From Patescibacteria group bacterium (lineage in GTDB: Bacteria > Patescibacteriota > Doudnabacteria > UBA920), in contig JAMDAY010000035.1 in the NCBI GenBank assembly GCA_023484515.1, forward strand, positions 1-53,486: a stretch of DNA of 53,486 nucleotides. The letters are read 5' to 3'. The notes below the pieces were generated by a model that was given only the letters and a program-made list of their open reading frames with translations, made no database searches and was not told the DNA's origin. The position numbers and the translations under genes are program-made. Each line of letters begins with the position of its first letter. Positions within the stretch are counted from its first letter, which is position 1. Positions 1 to 8,637 of this stretch are shown piece by piece.

Positions 1-25
1 CAAATTAAATAAAAACAGCAATGAA

Positions 26-577
26 ATGTCTGGGGGCTTAAAAGCAAAAGTAACAAAAATTGAACAATTGAAAGGATCCCGGAATTGGGACGGGACCATG
101 TATTATCGCCTGAAATTCCAAGTTAAGTTAGAAAATGGTCAGGCGGTTTTTGCCATGACTGACGTGGTGCCGGGATACCGGAATTTTCCGTGGTGGGAAC
201 CGGTGATTAAAGCCGGCGCTGGGACTGTGATCGGCGGTGTATTTTTAAAAGACGGATATAAGCCGGTAAAAGTTAATGCTGACAGCCAAGTATTTATTAT
301 CAATGAAACACTATTTCCGCAGAAATTAGAACCGCTACCAATGGATAAAATCCGACTGGTAAAGGCCGGTTATCCGGAAACGTGGTATGTGCCAAGTAAA
401 AGCGAATTTGGCAAAGGCCATCATGTTAATTTATTTTACGGTATGGGCGAATGCGACTGTCAGGGTTTTAAATACAGCGGCAGCAAGCGGACGTGCGATC
501 ACATTAAGCAGGTTTTGGATTTAAAGAAAAAAGTGGCGCAGCAGCAGGTGGAAAAAGTAATACAAAAGCTTTTTTAA
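26..577 (+). CDS. Phage protein with C-terminal SWIM-type zinc finger
   Basis: CxC...CxH motif GECDCQGFKYSGSKRTCDH. Confidence 0.6.
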   Translation: MSGGLKAKVTKIEQLKGSRNWDGTMYYRLKFQVKLENGQAVFAMTDVVPGYRNFPWWEPVIKAGAGTVIGGVFLKDGYKPVKVNADSQVFIINETLFPQKLEPLPMDKIRLVKAGYPETWYVPSKSEFGKGHHVNLFYGMGECDCQGFKYSGSKRTCDHIKQVLDLKKKVAQQQVEKVIQKLF

Positions 578-579
578 CT

Positions 580-972
580 ATGGATAAATTTATTCCAAAT
601 ACAACCCAAACCCCGAATGATGTATTTGATTATTGGATGCTTCGCTTAAAAGACGTGGAATACCGCGTTTTGTCTGTTATTGTGAGGCAAACTTTTGGAT
701 GGGTGGAAGACATAGCCACCGGTAGGCGCAAAGAAAAGGACTGGATCAGCAGATCGCAGCTTATAAAAAAGACGGGACGGTCCGCGTGGGCGGTTACAAA
801 GGCTGTGGATAGCCTATGTAAAATCGGGATTGTGCTGATTTATGACAGGGACGGCAAACTTCTTGATACGGCAAAAAAAAGACAGCACAATTTTAATAAA
901 ATCTTTTATAGATATAACCAAAATTACGGAAAAGATATGTTACTTAACCCATTGGATAAACGCCGTGTGTGA
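580..972 (+). CDS. Phage replication initiator, lambda O-like N-terminal winged-HTH
   Basis: NTTQTPNDVFD...IVRQTFGW...KEKDWISRSQLIKKTG pattern typical of O-like proteins; iterons follow. Confidence 0.7.
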   Translation: MDKFIPNTTQTPNDVFDYWMLRLKDVEYRVLSVIVRQTFGWVEDIATGRRKEKDWISRSQLIKKTGRSAWAVTKAVDSLCKIGIVLIYDRDGKLLDTAKKRQHNFNKIFYRYNQNYGKDMLLNPLDKRRV

Positions 973-1068
973 TTTTCACACACGAGGAAATTCACATACG
1001 TGAAATTCACACACTACAAAAGAAACTTATTTACAAAATATTAATAATAGCTGTGGAAAAGTGGATAA
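964..1068. promoter_or_regulatory. Putative phage replication origin (iterons, A-rich tract, two DnaA-box-like 9-mers)
   Basis: ~16-bp repeats at 969-984, 985-1000, 1001-1015 (core TTCACA); 9-bp inverted repeat 964-984; TGTGGAAAA 1052-1060 and AGTGGATAA 1060-1068. Confidence 0.55.
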
Positions 1069-1147
1069 AGAAAATTCTAAAATGGTTGGAAATTTCTGTA
1101 AGCTTTTTAATTTATCAATTAGCAAAATTAATATTTAAATAAAAATC

Positions 1148-1855
1148 ATGAAAACTGTGATTATTGGCTTAGGGGAAGTAGGTAAAGCGTTATACGAAAT
1201 TTTGTCCGAACATTATAAAACCGTAGGTTTTGATAAAAATGACTGGCACGCGAACTTTGATTATGACGGGGAAGAAAATTGCGAAACCGAAGTAATGCAC
1301 GTTTGCATTCCCTATTTTGATAACTTCGTGGAAATTGTGGGCCAATATCAACAGAAATTCCAGCCTAAAATAACTATTATCCATTCCACGGTGCCGGTAG
1401 GAATTAGCCGGCGGTGCGGCGCGGTGCATTCGCCGATCCGTGGCATTCATCCGAATTTGGAAGGCGGTATCCGGACATTTGTGAAGTTTTTAGGCGGTGA
1501 GCAGGCAAGCGAAGTAGCTGATTATTTCCGCCGCGCCGGGCTGAAAGTGCATTTGTGCGATGAGCCGGAAACTACGGAATTAATGAAGCTGATGGACACT
1601 GAATACTACCGGGTCTGTATAGAGTTCGCGCAGCGAGTTAAAAATTTGTGCCGGATGTATGAAGTGCCGTTTTCTGATGCTTATAGACTTTCAAATTTGA
1701 CCTATAACGAAGGCTATACCAAATTAGGGCATCCGGAATTTGTGCGGCCTGTTTTGGAACCGATTATGAAGGAAATTGGCGGCCATTGCGTGCTTCCAAA
1801 TAAAAGGATTTTGGAAGGCATGGCAGCCAAAATGCAAGGAAACTGCCATGCTTAA
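1148..1855 (+). CDS. UDP-glucose/GDP-mannose dehydrogenase-family protein (short, no C-terminal domain)
   Basis: GLGEVG Rossmann motif, STVPVG, ELMKL, catalytic GGHC. Confidence 0.75.
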   Translation: MKTVIIGLGEVGKALYEILSEHYKTVGFDKNDWHANFDYDGEENCETEVMHVCIPYFDNFVEIVGQYQQKFQPKITIIHSTVPVGISRRCGAVHSPIRGIHPNLEGGIRTFVKFLGGEQASEVADYFRRAGLKVHLCDEPETTELMKLMDTEYYRVCIEFAQRVKNLCRMYEVPFSDAYRLSNLTYNEGYTKLGHPEFVRPVLEPIMKEIGGHCVLPNKRILEGMAAKMQGNCHA

Positions 1856-2003
1856 TCTGCGTTTTGACATCAGCTATGTGGATCCGGAAACCGAAGAAGT
1901 GCTGCATCAGGACGCGGAAAGTAAGGAAGAAGCCGATCAGGTGGCGGAAGAATTGGAGGATGAAGGATATATTAAAATTAATATTAATAAAATAAGGACT
2001 TAA
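1848..2003 (+). CDS. Small acidic hypothetical protein
   Basis: ATG at 1848 overlapping upstream stop; fills the gap before groES. Confidence 0.5.
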   Translation: MLNLRFDISYVDPETEEVLHQDAESKEEADQVAEELEDEGYIKININKIRT

Positions 2004-2007
2004 ATTT

Positions 2008-2292
2008 ATGAAGCTACAAGCCATAAATGATTCCATTTTGGTGCTGCCGTTGCAGCCTAGCACCACCCGCAAATCGGGTTTAGAAATTCCGGCTACCGCC
2101 AAAAAGGTGCCGGTGCAGGGCGTAGTGTTAAGCGTCGGCCAACTGATTGATTTTGTGCAACCAGGCGATAAAATCGCTTACGCGCAGTATGCCGGCGATG
2201 AAATTGAGTGGGAAGGGCAGCAGTATTTGTTTTTGCTGCCAAAAGATATTTACGCAAAATTAACCGAAGAAGGAGAAACTTCAAATGCCTAA
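2008..2292 (+). CDS. groES: Co-chaperonin GroES
   Basis: MKLQAINDSILV, mobile loop KSGLEIPATAKK, GVVLSVG, YAGDEI. Confidence 0.92.
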   Translation: MKLQAINDSILVLPLQPSTTRKSGLEIPATAKKVPVQGVVLSVGQLIDFVQPGDKIAYAQYAGDEIEWEGQQYLFLLPKDIYAKLTEEGETSNA

Positions 2293-3826
2293 AATTACGG
2301 TCCGCGGCAAAGAAGCCCGGGAAAAGGTTTTACAGGGTGTCAATGAATTAGCTGATATTGTTAAATCAACTTTGGGGCCAAATGGCCGCAATGTCATTTT
2401 GGAAACCGGCAACGGTCCGGTAATTACCAATGACGGGGTAACAGTTGCCAATGCCACGGATTTTGAGGATCCGCACATGCAGATTGGCGCGCAGTTAATT
2501 AAAGAAGTGGCTCAAAAAACCAATGACATTGCCGGCGATGGCACCACTACAGCCACGGTTTTAGCGCAGGCAATAGTTGCCGGATGGGAAAAAGTGGAAG
2601 AAAAAGCCAATGTGTATGACATCCGCCGCGGTATAGACAAGGCAGTGGCCTTTGTAGTTGAACAATTAAAGAAGCAGGCGCGGCCGGTGGAAAGCCACGA
2701 AGACAAAGTGCGCGTGGCAACTATTTCCTGTTTAGATCCCAAAACCGGCGAATTAATTGCATCCTGCTTTGACGAAGTGGGTAATGACGGCGTTATAACC
2801 GTGGAAACCGGGCAAGTGGTAGGGCTGACCAAAGAGGTTGTAAAAGGCATGCGGATTGACCGCGGTTTGGTTTCACCATTTTTTATTACTGACACGCAAA
2901 AAATGCAGGCTGTTATGGAAAACGTGCCAGTGGTTTTAATTGAAAAGAAAATTAACACCGTAGAAGATTTTACCCCAATGCTGGAAGCGGCAATGGGCGG
3001 AGGAAATAAGCAACTTGTAGTGATTGCCGATGATTTCAGCGAAGAAGTGATTGCTATGGCTGTGGTAAACCGGCTGAAAAATATTTTCCGCGCGGTGCTG
3101 ATAAAATCGCCGATGTTTGGCGATCGCCGGAAAGATGTTATGTCTGATATTGCGGTGCTGACTGGCGCTAACGTGGTAACACCGGAATTGGGAATTGAAT
3201 TAAAGCAGGTGGACCAATCTTACTTTGGTCAAATTAAGAAGCTTATTGCCAACAAAGACAATACCACTATCATTGCCGGGCAGAATCAGGAAGCCATTGA
3301 CGCGCATATTTCCGCATTAAGGCAACGGATTGAAGGCGAAACCAATGATTATACCAAAGACTTCTTAAAATCGCGTTTGGCGCGCCTTACGTCCGGCGTA
3401 GCTGTAATTAAAGTTGGCGCTGATACCGAAGTGGAAACCAATAACCGGAAACTAAAGATTGAAGATGCTATAAATGCTACGCGTGCAGCGGTGGAAGAAG
3501 GGGTAATAATGGGCGGCGGTGTGCCTTTGTATAAGATTGCAACTGAAAATGAATTTGATGCCATAGGGGAAAATGAAGGTGAAAAAATCGGCGCAGAAAT
3601 TATTGATGCTGCTTGCCAAATGCCACTATTTCAAATCGCGGCAAACGCCGGTAAGGACGTTGCGGAATTTGCCAATACTGTAACTGAAGATGTAATAGAT
3701 CCGGTCAAAGTCGCGCGCACTGCATTGGAAAAAGCGGCCAGTATTGCCGGCGAACTGCTGACTACGGAAGCCGTAGTGATTAACATTCCTGATAAACAGC
3801 CTGCTTTAAAAGGCTTATATGACTAA
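2285..3826 (+). CDS. groEL: Chaperonin GroEL (divergent, phage-borne)
   Basis: TLGPNGRNV, ITNDGVT, AGDGTTTATVLA, EDAINATRAAVEEG, DPVKVARTAL. Confidence 0.96.
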   Translation: MPKITVRGKEAREKVLQGVNELADIVKSTLGPNGRNVILETGNGPVITNDGVTVANATDFEDPHMQIGAQLIKEVAQKTNDIAGDGTTTATVLAQAIVAGWEKVEEKANVYDIRRGIDKAVAFVVEQLKKQARPVESHEDKVRVATISCLDPKTGELIASCFDEVGNDGVITVETGQVVGLTKEVVKGMRIDRGLVSPFFITDTQKMQAVMENVPVVLIEKKINTVEDFTPMLEAAMGGGNKQLVVIADDFSEEVIAMAVVNRLKNIFRAVLIKSPMFGDRRKDVMSDIAVLTGANVVTPELGIELKQVDQSYFGQIKKLIANKDNTTIIAGQNQEAIDAHISALRQRIEGETNDYTKDFLKSRLARLTSGVAVIKVGADTEVETNNRKLKIEDAINATRAAVEEGVIMGGGVPLYKIATENEFDAIGENEGEKIGAEIIDAACQMPLFQIAANAGKDVAEFANTVTEDVIDPVKVARTALEKAASIAGELLTTEAVVINIPDKQPALKGLYD

Positions 3827-3831
3827 AAATC

Positions 3832-4296
3832 ATGGCGAAAAAGAAGCAAAAATCCAAAGAATTAAATGTATTTGAAGGCTACGTTATTCCGGACATAAAG
3901 GAATTAAGCACGCAGCATGAATTATTTTGCCAACTTTACGTAAATAACAGTGATTTCTTTGGGAATGCTACTTTTTGCTACGCTGCGGCGTATGGTATGG
4001 ATTTGGAAAAAGGCAGTCATAAGACCAAGAAAAACGCCTATAAAGTGGCGCAGGTTAATGGATCCCGCTTGCTTTCAAATGCTATCATACGCCGCCGAAT
4101 CTACCAGTTGTTAAATCAGTTAATGAAAGATGAGGTTGTGGATGGAGAATTAGCGAAAGTTATCATGCAAAATTATAAATTGGATGTGAAGGTGCAGGCT
4201 ATCCGGGAATATAACCGCATTAAGAATCGGGTTAAGCCGGCAACAAATCAAATGTTTCAATTGAATTTAGGGGAATTACGCAATGAGTATAAATAA
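3832..4296 (+). CDS. terS: Terminase small subunit
   Basis: ELFCQLY..GNATFCYAAAYG..AQVNGSRLLSN HTH pattern; upstream of terL. Confidence 0.72.
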   Translation: MAKKKQKSKELNVFEGYVIPDIKELSTQHELFCQLYVNNSDFFGNATFCYAAAYGMDLEKGSHKTKKNAYKVAQVNGSRLLSNAIIRRRIYQLLNQLMKDEVVDGELAKVIMQNYKLDVKVQAIREYNRIKNRVKPATNQMFQLNLGELRNEYK

Positions 4297-4707
4297 ATCA
4301 TTATTTTCCAGTAAAACCGATGATTGGGAAACCCCACAAGTATTATTTGATGGATTAAATCAGGAATTTAGATTTGACGTAGATGTATGCGCTGATTGGT
4401 TAAATACCAAATGCCGGGAATATATTTGTAAAGAATCGGATGCATTAGTTAAGGATTGGACCGTTTGGAAGGCACGTTGGATGAATCCGCCTTATGGACG
4501 GGAAATTGGTAAATGGATTAAGAAGGCTTACGAATCAGCGAAGCAGGGGGGGTTACAGTATGTTTGCTGCCTGCGCGCACTGATACTAAATGGTTCCATG
4601 ATTATATTTATGGCAAAGCAGAAATAAGATTTATTAAAGGCCGTTTAAAGTTTGGAAATAGCAAAAATTCGGCACCATTTCCAAGTATGATAGTAATATT
4701 CCGATGA
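4283..4707 (+). pseudogene. Phage DNA N6-adenine methyltransferase (Dam-like), frameshifted at a G7 tract
   Basis: DDWETP and WMNPPY in frame 1; the -1 frame after G7 (4546-4552) gives VCLLPARTDTKWFHDY...FIKGRLKF...SAPFPSMIVIFR, stop 4705-4707 overlapping the terL ATG. Confidence 0.85.
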
Positions 4708-6290
4708 AGTATAAGAAATTTATTGAAGACAATTTTTTGATAGACGAACCGGAATTAGGCAAACTGATCCCGTTTAAGTTTAATAAGGTCCAATCCAAAT
4801 ATTACGACATTTTATGCAAGGAATGTGATATTGAGAAAAAGGGGGTAGGCGCGGCGCTGCGCGAACTGGATCTAAAGGCTAGACGGGAAGGCATGAGCAG
4901 CTTTATTTTGGCCTTATTTGCTGCGGATGATATGACCAATGAAAACCCTACGGAATCGGAAGTTATTTCCTATAAGGACGATGCCACAAAGAAATTCAGG
5001 AAGCGCTACCGCAATTACATTTTATCCTGCTATGCCAAGCGTGCCGGCGTTGCTTACGAAGACATTATTAAAAATCCGGACGTATTGGAACAGTTTGCCA
5101 AATCAGCTTTTTTAGTGGATTCAAACGAATTAGAACTGCGGGAAAACCGGGCGCACTTCTTTTGTGGAACTGCATCAGCAAGGACTGGTGAACGCGGTGG
5201 CACCCTGCAAAAGCTGTTGCTTTCGGAAGCAGCATGGTATCCGGATACGGAAAACATGACGGCGGAAGAAATCATCGAAGGCACCATGCGGCAGATCGAT
5301 ATTAAGTCAGGCTGGATATTTATTGAAACCACGGGCAACGGCAAGGGCAACCATTACTACAAAATGTGGGAAAAGGCTGTCAAAAAGCTGTCCCGCTTCA
5401 AGCCCCGTTTCTTTGGCTGGCGCGATTTCTACACGGAAGAAGAATTTGAGATCATCAAATCGGAATTTGTGGACATGTCCATGCTAAAGCAGGAATACCC
5501 GGAAACCGCTGACGATGCCTTCCAAGCCACATCTTCCAGCTTCACCGATGAAGTCAGTCTTGCGCAGCTCATAGAAAATGAGAAATCCCCAAAGGAGTTA
5601 GTGGATTGGATCAGCTTTCAGGGAACTAATTATATTGAACAATGCGAACTGATTAAGGACTGGCTGCAAGGACTGGAAATGAACGCCAAGCATTATAACC
5701 TTTATGTGGGAATTGACGTGGCAAAAAGCATGGACCAAACCGTAGTAACGGTGTTAAAGCTTAGGCAGGGCTTTCAAAAGGGCGGCATTCAGCAGATTTG
5801 CATAGATTCCACCGGCGCCGGGGACTTTATGCCTGACTGGTTTGATCTAAATACCCGCTGGCAAGTTACCGGAATAAAGTTTACGGCCCAAATGAAAGAT
5901 ATTTTATACCGAAGTCTGCAGGCCATTATTGCTAAAAAACTGACCGCGCTGCCGCAGATCCGGGTAGATGACATGGTGTTTGTAACCGAAGCGCATGAAA
6001 ACTTTTGGGAACAGATGCTTTATTTGGAAAAGGAAATTGTTGGCCGCATTTTGGTAGTTAAGCATCCCGGGCAAAATAACAGCAACCGCAAGGAATCTAG
6101 CGCATGGGACAACCGCGATCACGATGACTATCCGGATTCGTGGGTCTTGGCAGAACACGCTTACGTGGTGGTCCACGGCTTGCCGGCAAAGGAAGACACC
6201 AAACAGATTCAGCCTAATAAATCTATTGTTGCCAACTTATTAAATAATAAAGATCCGCGGCAGCACAGTAGGACCGGGGATAGCGAATAA
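4704..6290 (+). CDS. terL: Terminase large subunit
   Basis: LKARREGMSS Walker A, LLLSEAAW Walker B, IETTGNG coupling motif, nuclease VGIDVA...HDDYPDS. Confidence 0.85.
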   Translation: MKYKKFIEDNFLIDEPELGKLIPFKFNKVQSKYYDILCKECDIEKKGVGAALRELDLKARREGMSSFILALFAADDMTNENPTESEVISYKDDATKKFRKRYRNYILSCYAKRAGVAYEDIIKNPDVLEQFAKSAFLVDSNELELRENRAHFFCGTASARTGERGGTLQKLLLSEAAWYPDTENMTAEEIIEGTMRQIDIKSGWIFIETTGNGKGNHYYKMWEKAVKKLSRFKPRFFGWRDFYTEEEFEIIKSEFVDMSMLKQEYPETADDAFQATSSSFTDEVSLAQLIENEKSPKELVDWISFQGTNYIEQCELIKDWLQGLEMNAKHYNLYVGIDVAKSMDQTVVTVLKLRQGFQKGGIQQICIDSTGAGDFMPDWFDLNTRWQVTGIKFTAQMKDILYRSLQAIIAKKLTALPQIRVDDMVFVTEAHENFWEQMLYLEKEIVGRILVVKHPGQNNSNRKESSAWDNRDHDDYPDSWVLAEHAYVVVHGLPAKEDTKQIQPNKSIVANLLNNKDPRQHSRTGDSE

Positions 6291-6291
6291 T

Positions 6292-6516
6292 ATGATCATA
6301 TTTTTAGCCATTTTGATTATCGTTAATTTAATCTTTTGGGGCCGCACGCTGACAATAGGATGGGGAACCATAGTGCTATTTAGTTTAATTGGCCTTGTAA
6401 GCAATTATTTAGGCGTGCGCGGATTTATTCATATGTCCATGCGGCAAGTAACTAGACTTCAACAATTAATCCAAAAACAAAATGCTGGAATTTCTAAAGA
6501 CCAAACCAAAGATTAA
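6292..6516 (+). CDS. Small two-TM membrane protein
   Basis: Hydrophobic N-terminal two thirds. Confidence 0.5.
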   Translation: MIIFLAILIIVNLIFWGRTLTIGWGTIVLFSLIGLVSNYLGVRGFIHMSMRQVTRLQQLIQKQNAGISKDQTKD

Positions 6517-6967
6517 AGAGCCATTGCAATTAGTAAAATATCCGGATCCGCGGCTGAAAATTATATCAAAACCTGTGGAAAAGTTTGATGCGGAGTTGGA
6601 AGAATTTGTGATGGATCTGCTTTCCTTTATGAAATCGCAACCGTGGGGAAAAGCCGTAGGGTTTGCAGCGCCACAGGCCGGCAGGAACATTCGGGTATTT
6701 ATTGCTTTGGACGACGTATATATTAATCCGGAAATTTTGTGGAAGCCGGAAGGCGGTCAAAAACCATGCCGGGAAGGATGTTTTAGCTTAGAAGAAAAGC
6801 GGTTTGATTACGAAGTTACCCGGGCTTATGCCGTTAAATTGCGCTGGCAGGATTTAAAAGGCGCTATCCACGAAGACAAATTTACCGGGTTTAAGGCGCA
6901 GGTAATACAGCACGAAATGGATCATTTAAATGGCAAATTGTGCTGCGGGGAAGGAAAACAAAAATGA
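6482..6967 (+). CDS. def: Phage-encoded peptide deformylase
   Basis: AVGFAAPQAG, EGCFS, QHEMDHLNG motifs; lacks C-terminal helix. Confidence 0.92.
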   Translation: MLEFLKTKPKIKEPLQLVKYPDPRLKIISKPVEKFDAELEEFVMDLLSFMKSQPWGKAVGFAAPQAGRNIRVFIALDDVYINPEILWKPEGGQKPCREGCFSLEEKRFDYEVTRAYAVKLRWQDLKGAIHEDKFTGFKAQVIQHEMDHLNGKLCCGEGKQK

Positions 6968-7164
6968 TTACTGACGATTGCGAACACAAAAAAATACCGA
7001 TGGAACTGACAAAGGTGGAACACGATATTATTATGGATTTGCGGTCCGCCAAACCGTTTGAAGAAGTGCGGATAACTAAGGATCAGCTAGGGCGGTTTGA
7101 CAGCTACTTATTCGTTTCCACCCAAAAAAAGATATATTCCGGCAGCAAAGCACATTTTTCTTGA
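6964..7164 (+). CDS. Small protein (possibly DUF2292/YezD-like; candidate antiterminator)
   Basis: ATG at 6964 overlapping def stop; helix followed by short beta strands; family call tentative. Confidence 0.45.
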   Translation: MITDDCEHKKIPMELTKVEHDIIMDLRSAKPFEEVRITKDQLGRFDSYLFVSTQKKIYSGSKAHFS

Positions 7165-7276
7165 CAGGATTAAATTTAGGGTTTACTATAAAGAAAATAG
7201 CATATAAATTCCACGGAAAGACCGGGAATCCAACTAACTTGATGCAAATCAGGTTATAGGGTTCCCGGTATTTTTT
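7161..7276 (+). promoter_or_regulatory. Sigma70 promoter + attenuator module 1
   Basis: TTGACA 7161-17 bp-TACTAT 7184; ATTCC-A-CGG-AAAGA-CCG-GGAAT hairpin 7208-7229; terminator ACCGGGAA...TTCCCGGT + T-tract. Confidence 0.75.
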
Positions 7277-7540
7277 ATGGCTAATGGGCAGCAGGAAACA
7301 AAAAGAACTGAACGGATCAAGGCACTGGCGCGCGGTTATTACGGGCAGCATCTTATTGCGTGGCTGGAAGAAATTAAGCTGACTTATTCCGACGTGCGGA
7401 ATGCCAAAAAGCTAGGCATGACATTGGAAACAGCCTGCGCCGTGGCCGGGATTTTGGAAGATGAATTAATTAATCCCCTAAAGCAGTGGCAGGGAACAAG
7501 AGATTCCAAGCCGCAGCCTTCCGGGGAAGAAATGGAGTAA
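7277..7540 (+). CDS. Phage head-region hypothetical protein
   Basis: ORF at start of the head operon. Confidence 0.6.
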   Translation: MANGQQETKRTERIKALARGYYGQHLIAWLEEIKLTYSDVRNAKKLGMTLETACAVAGILEDELINPLKQWQGTRDSKPQPSGEEME

Positions 7541-7542
7541 TT

Positions 7543-7746
7543 ATGCCGGCAACCGTAAATAAAAACTCTAAGGGCGGATATACTGTCCGCACTCCAAACG
7601 GTGTTCACGCGAAGAACACCACCAAAGCAAAGGCCGAAAAGCAAGCTAAATTATTAAACGCCATTGATCACGGCTTTAAGCCGGGTGAAAAACCGATGCA
7701 TTCCAAATCGCAAATGCGCCGGATGATGGCAATGAAAGGCAAGTGA
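7543..7746 (+). CDS. Small basic phage protein
   Basis: ATG 7543 after GGAG; K-rich. Confidence 0.55.
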   Translation: MPATVNKNSKGGYTVRTPNGVHAKNTTKAKAEKQAKLLNAIDHGFKPGEKPMHSKSQMRRMMAMKGK

Positions 7747-7747
7747 T

Positions 7748-7948
7748 ATGCACGGCGGAAAATTTACGTGGATAAATCCGGCCACCAAAGCAACCTATTC
7801 GGAAACCATTAATGATGCTACCGAATCCAAGATTGCTGCGGCCAATGCCCGGGCAGCCACGGCGCTATCTGCAACAACTGCCACGATAGAACTGATTTTG
7901 CCAAACGGCCAAAGGCGCGGCAATTGTTCCGGTGATAAACTTAAATAA
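7748..7948 (+). CDS. Hypothetical protein
   Basis: Tightly packed ORF in operon. Confidence 0.45.
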   Translation: MHGGKFTWINPATKATYSETINDATESKIAAANARAATALSATTATIELILPNGQRRGNCSGDKLK

Positions 7949-8042
7949 TTTTTAATTTTGAGGGCTACGGCAAACCTCATTAAAAACCGACTTATGGGAC
8001 AAAACCCATTTCAAAAATGAAATTAAGGGAAAGGTTTACCTT

Positions 8043-8633
8043 ATGGCACAAGAACCAAACCAAGCTGCCGACTTGGAAAAAGATGACATCGGCATAGACT
8101 TATCGCAAGTCAATAAAGATGCGGAAGAAAATAAGCCGTTGCTGACTGCCGTTGCGCAGCGCGACCATTGGCGTGAGAAAGCCAAAGATCCCAAAACTGG
8201 GAAAACGTATAAGGAGTTATACGAACAGGCTGTTAAACCTAATCAACCAGAGCAGGTTAAGCCTGATTCTCAACCGAAGCCGGATGCTTCGCCACAGCCG
8301 GCAAAACCCGAACAAGTGTCGCAGGATCTTCCAATTAAGGATGTCCTGAAATTGAAAAGCGAAGGGTATAGTGATGCTGAAATTTTAGAGATTGCTGAAC
8401 AGGCAAACTCCATGAAAATTTCCGTATCCGCCTTGCTTAACAATCAGACATTCAAGAAGGGTATTGAAGCAAACCGTGCCGAGAAAAAGGTTAATCAGGG
8501 AACCCCTGCACCCTCCCAACGTGCTGCCTTTAGTCAGAAGGCTAAGTCCATCAAGGACCTAAAAACACCGGCCGAACGTCAGGCTGCGTTTGACGCCGCA
8601 AAGAGGGGAAAACGCTCAAGCGAAAGTGAATAA
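8043..8633 (+). CDS. Capsid scaffolding protein
   Basis: Charged, helical, P/Q-rich; immediately upstream of the capsid gene. Confidence 0.65.
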   Translation: MAQEPNQAADLEKDDIGIDLSQVNKDAEENKPLLTAVAQRDHWREKAKDPKTGKTYKELYEQAVKPNQPEQVKPDSQPKPDASPQPAKPEQVSQDLPIKDVLKLKSEGYSDAEILEIAEQANSMKISVSALLNNQTFKKGIEANRAEKKVNQGTPAPSQRAAFSQKAKSIKDLKTPAERQAAFDAAKRGKRSSESE

Positions 8634-8637
8634 ATAA

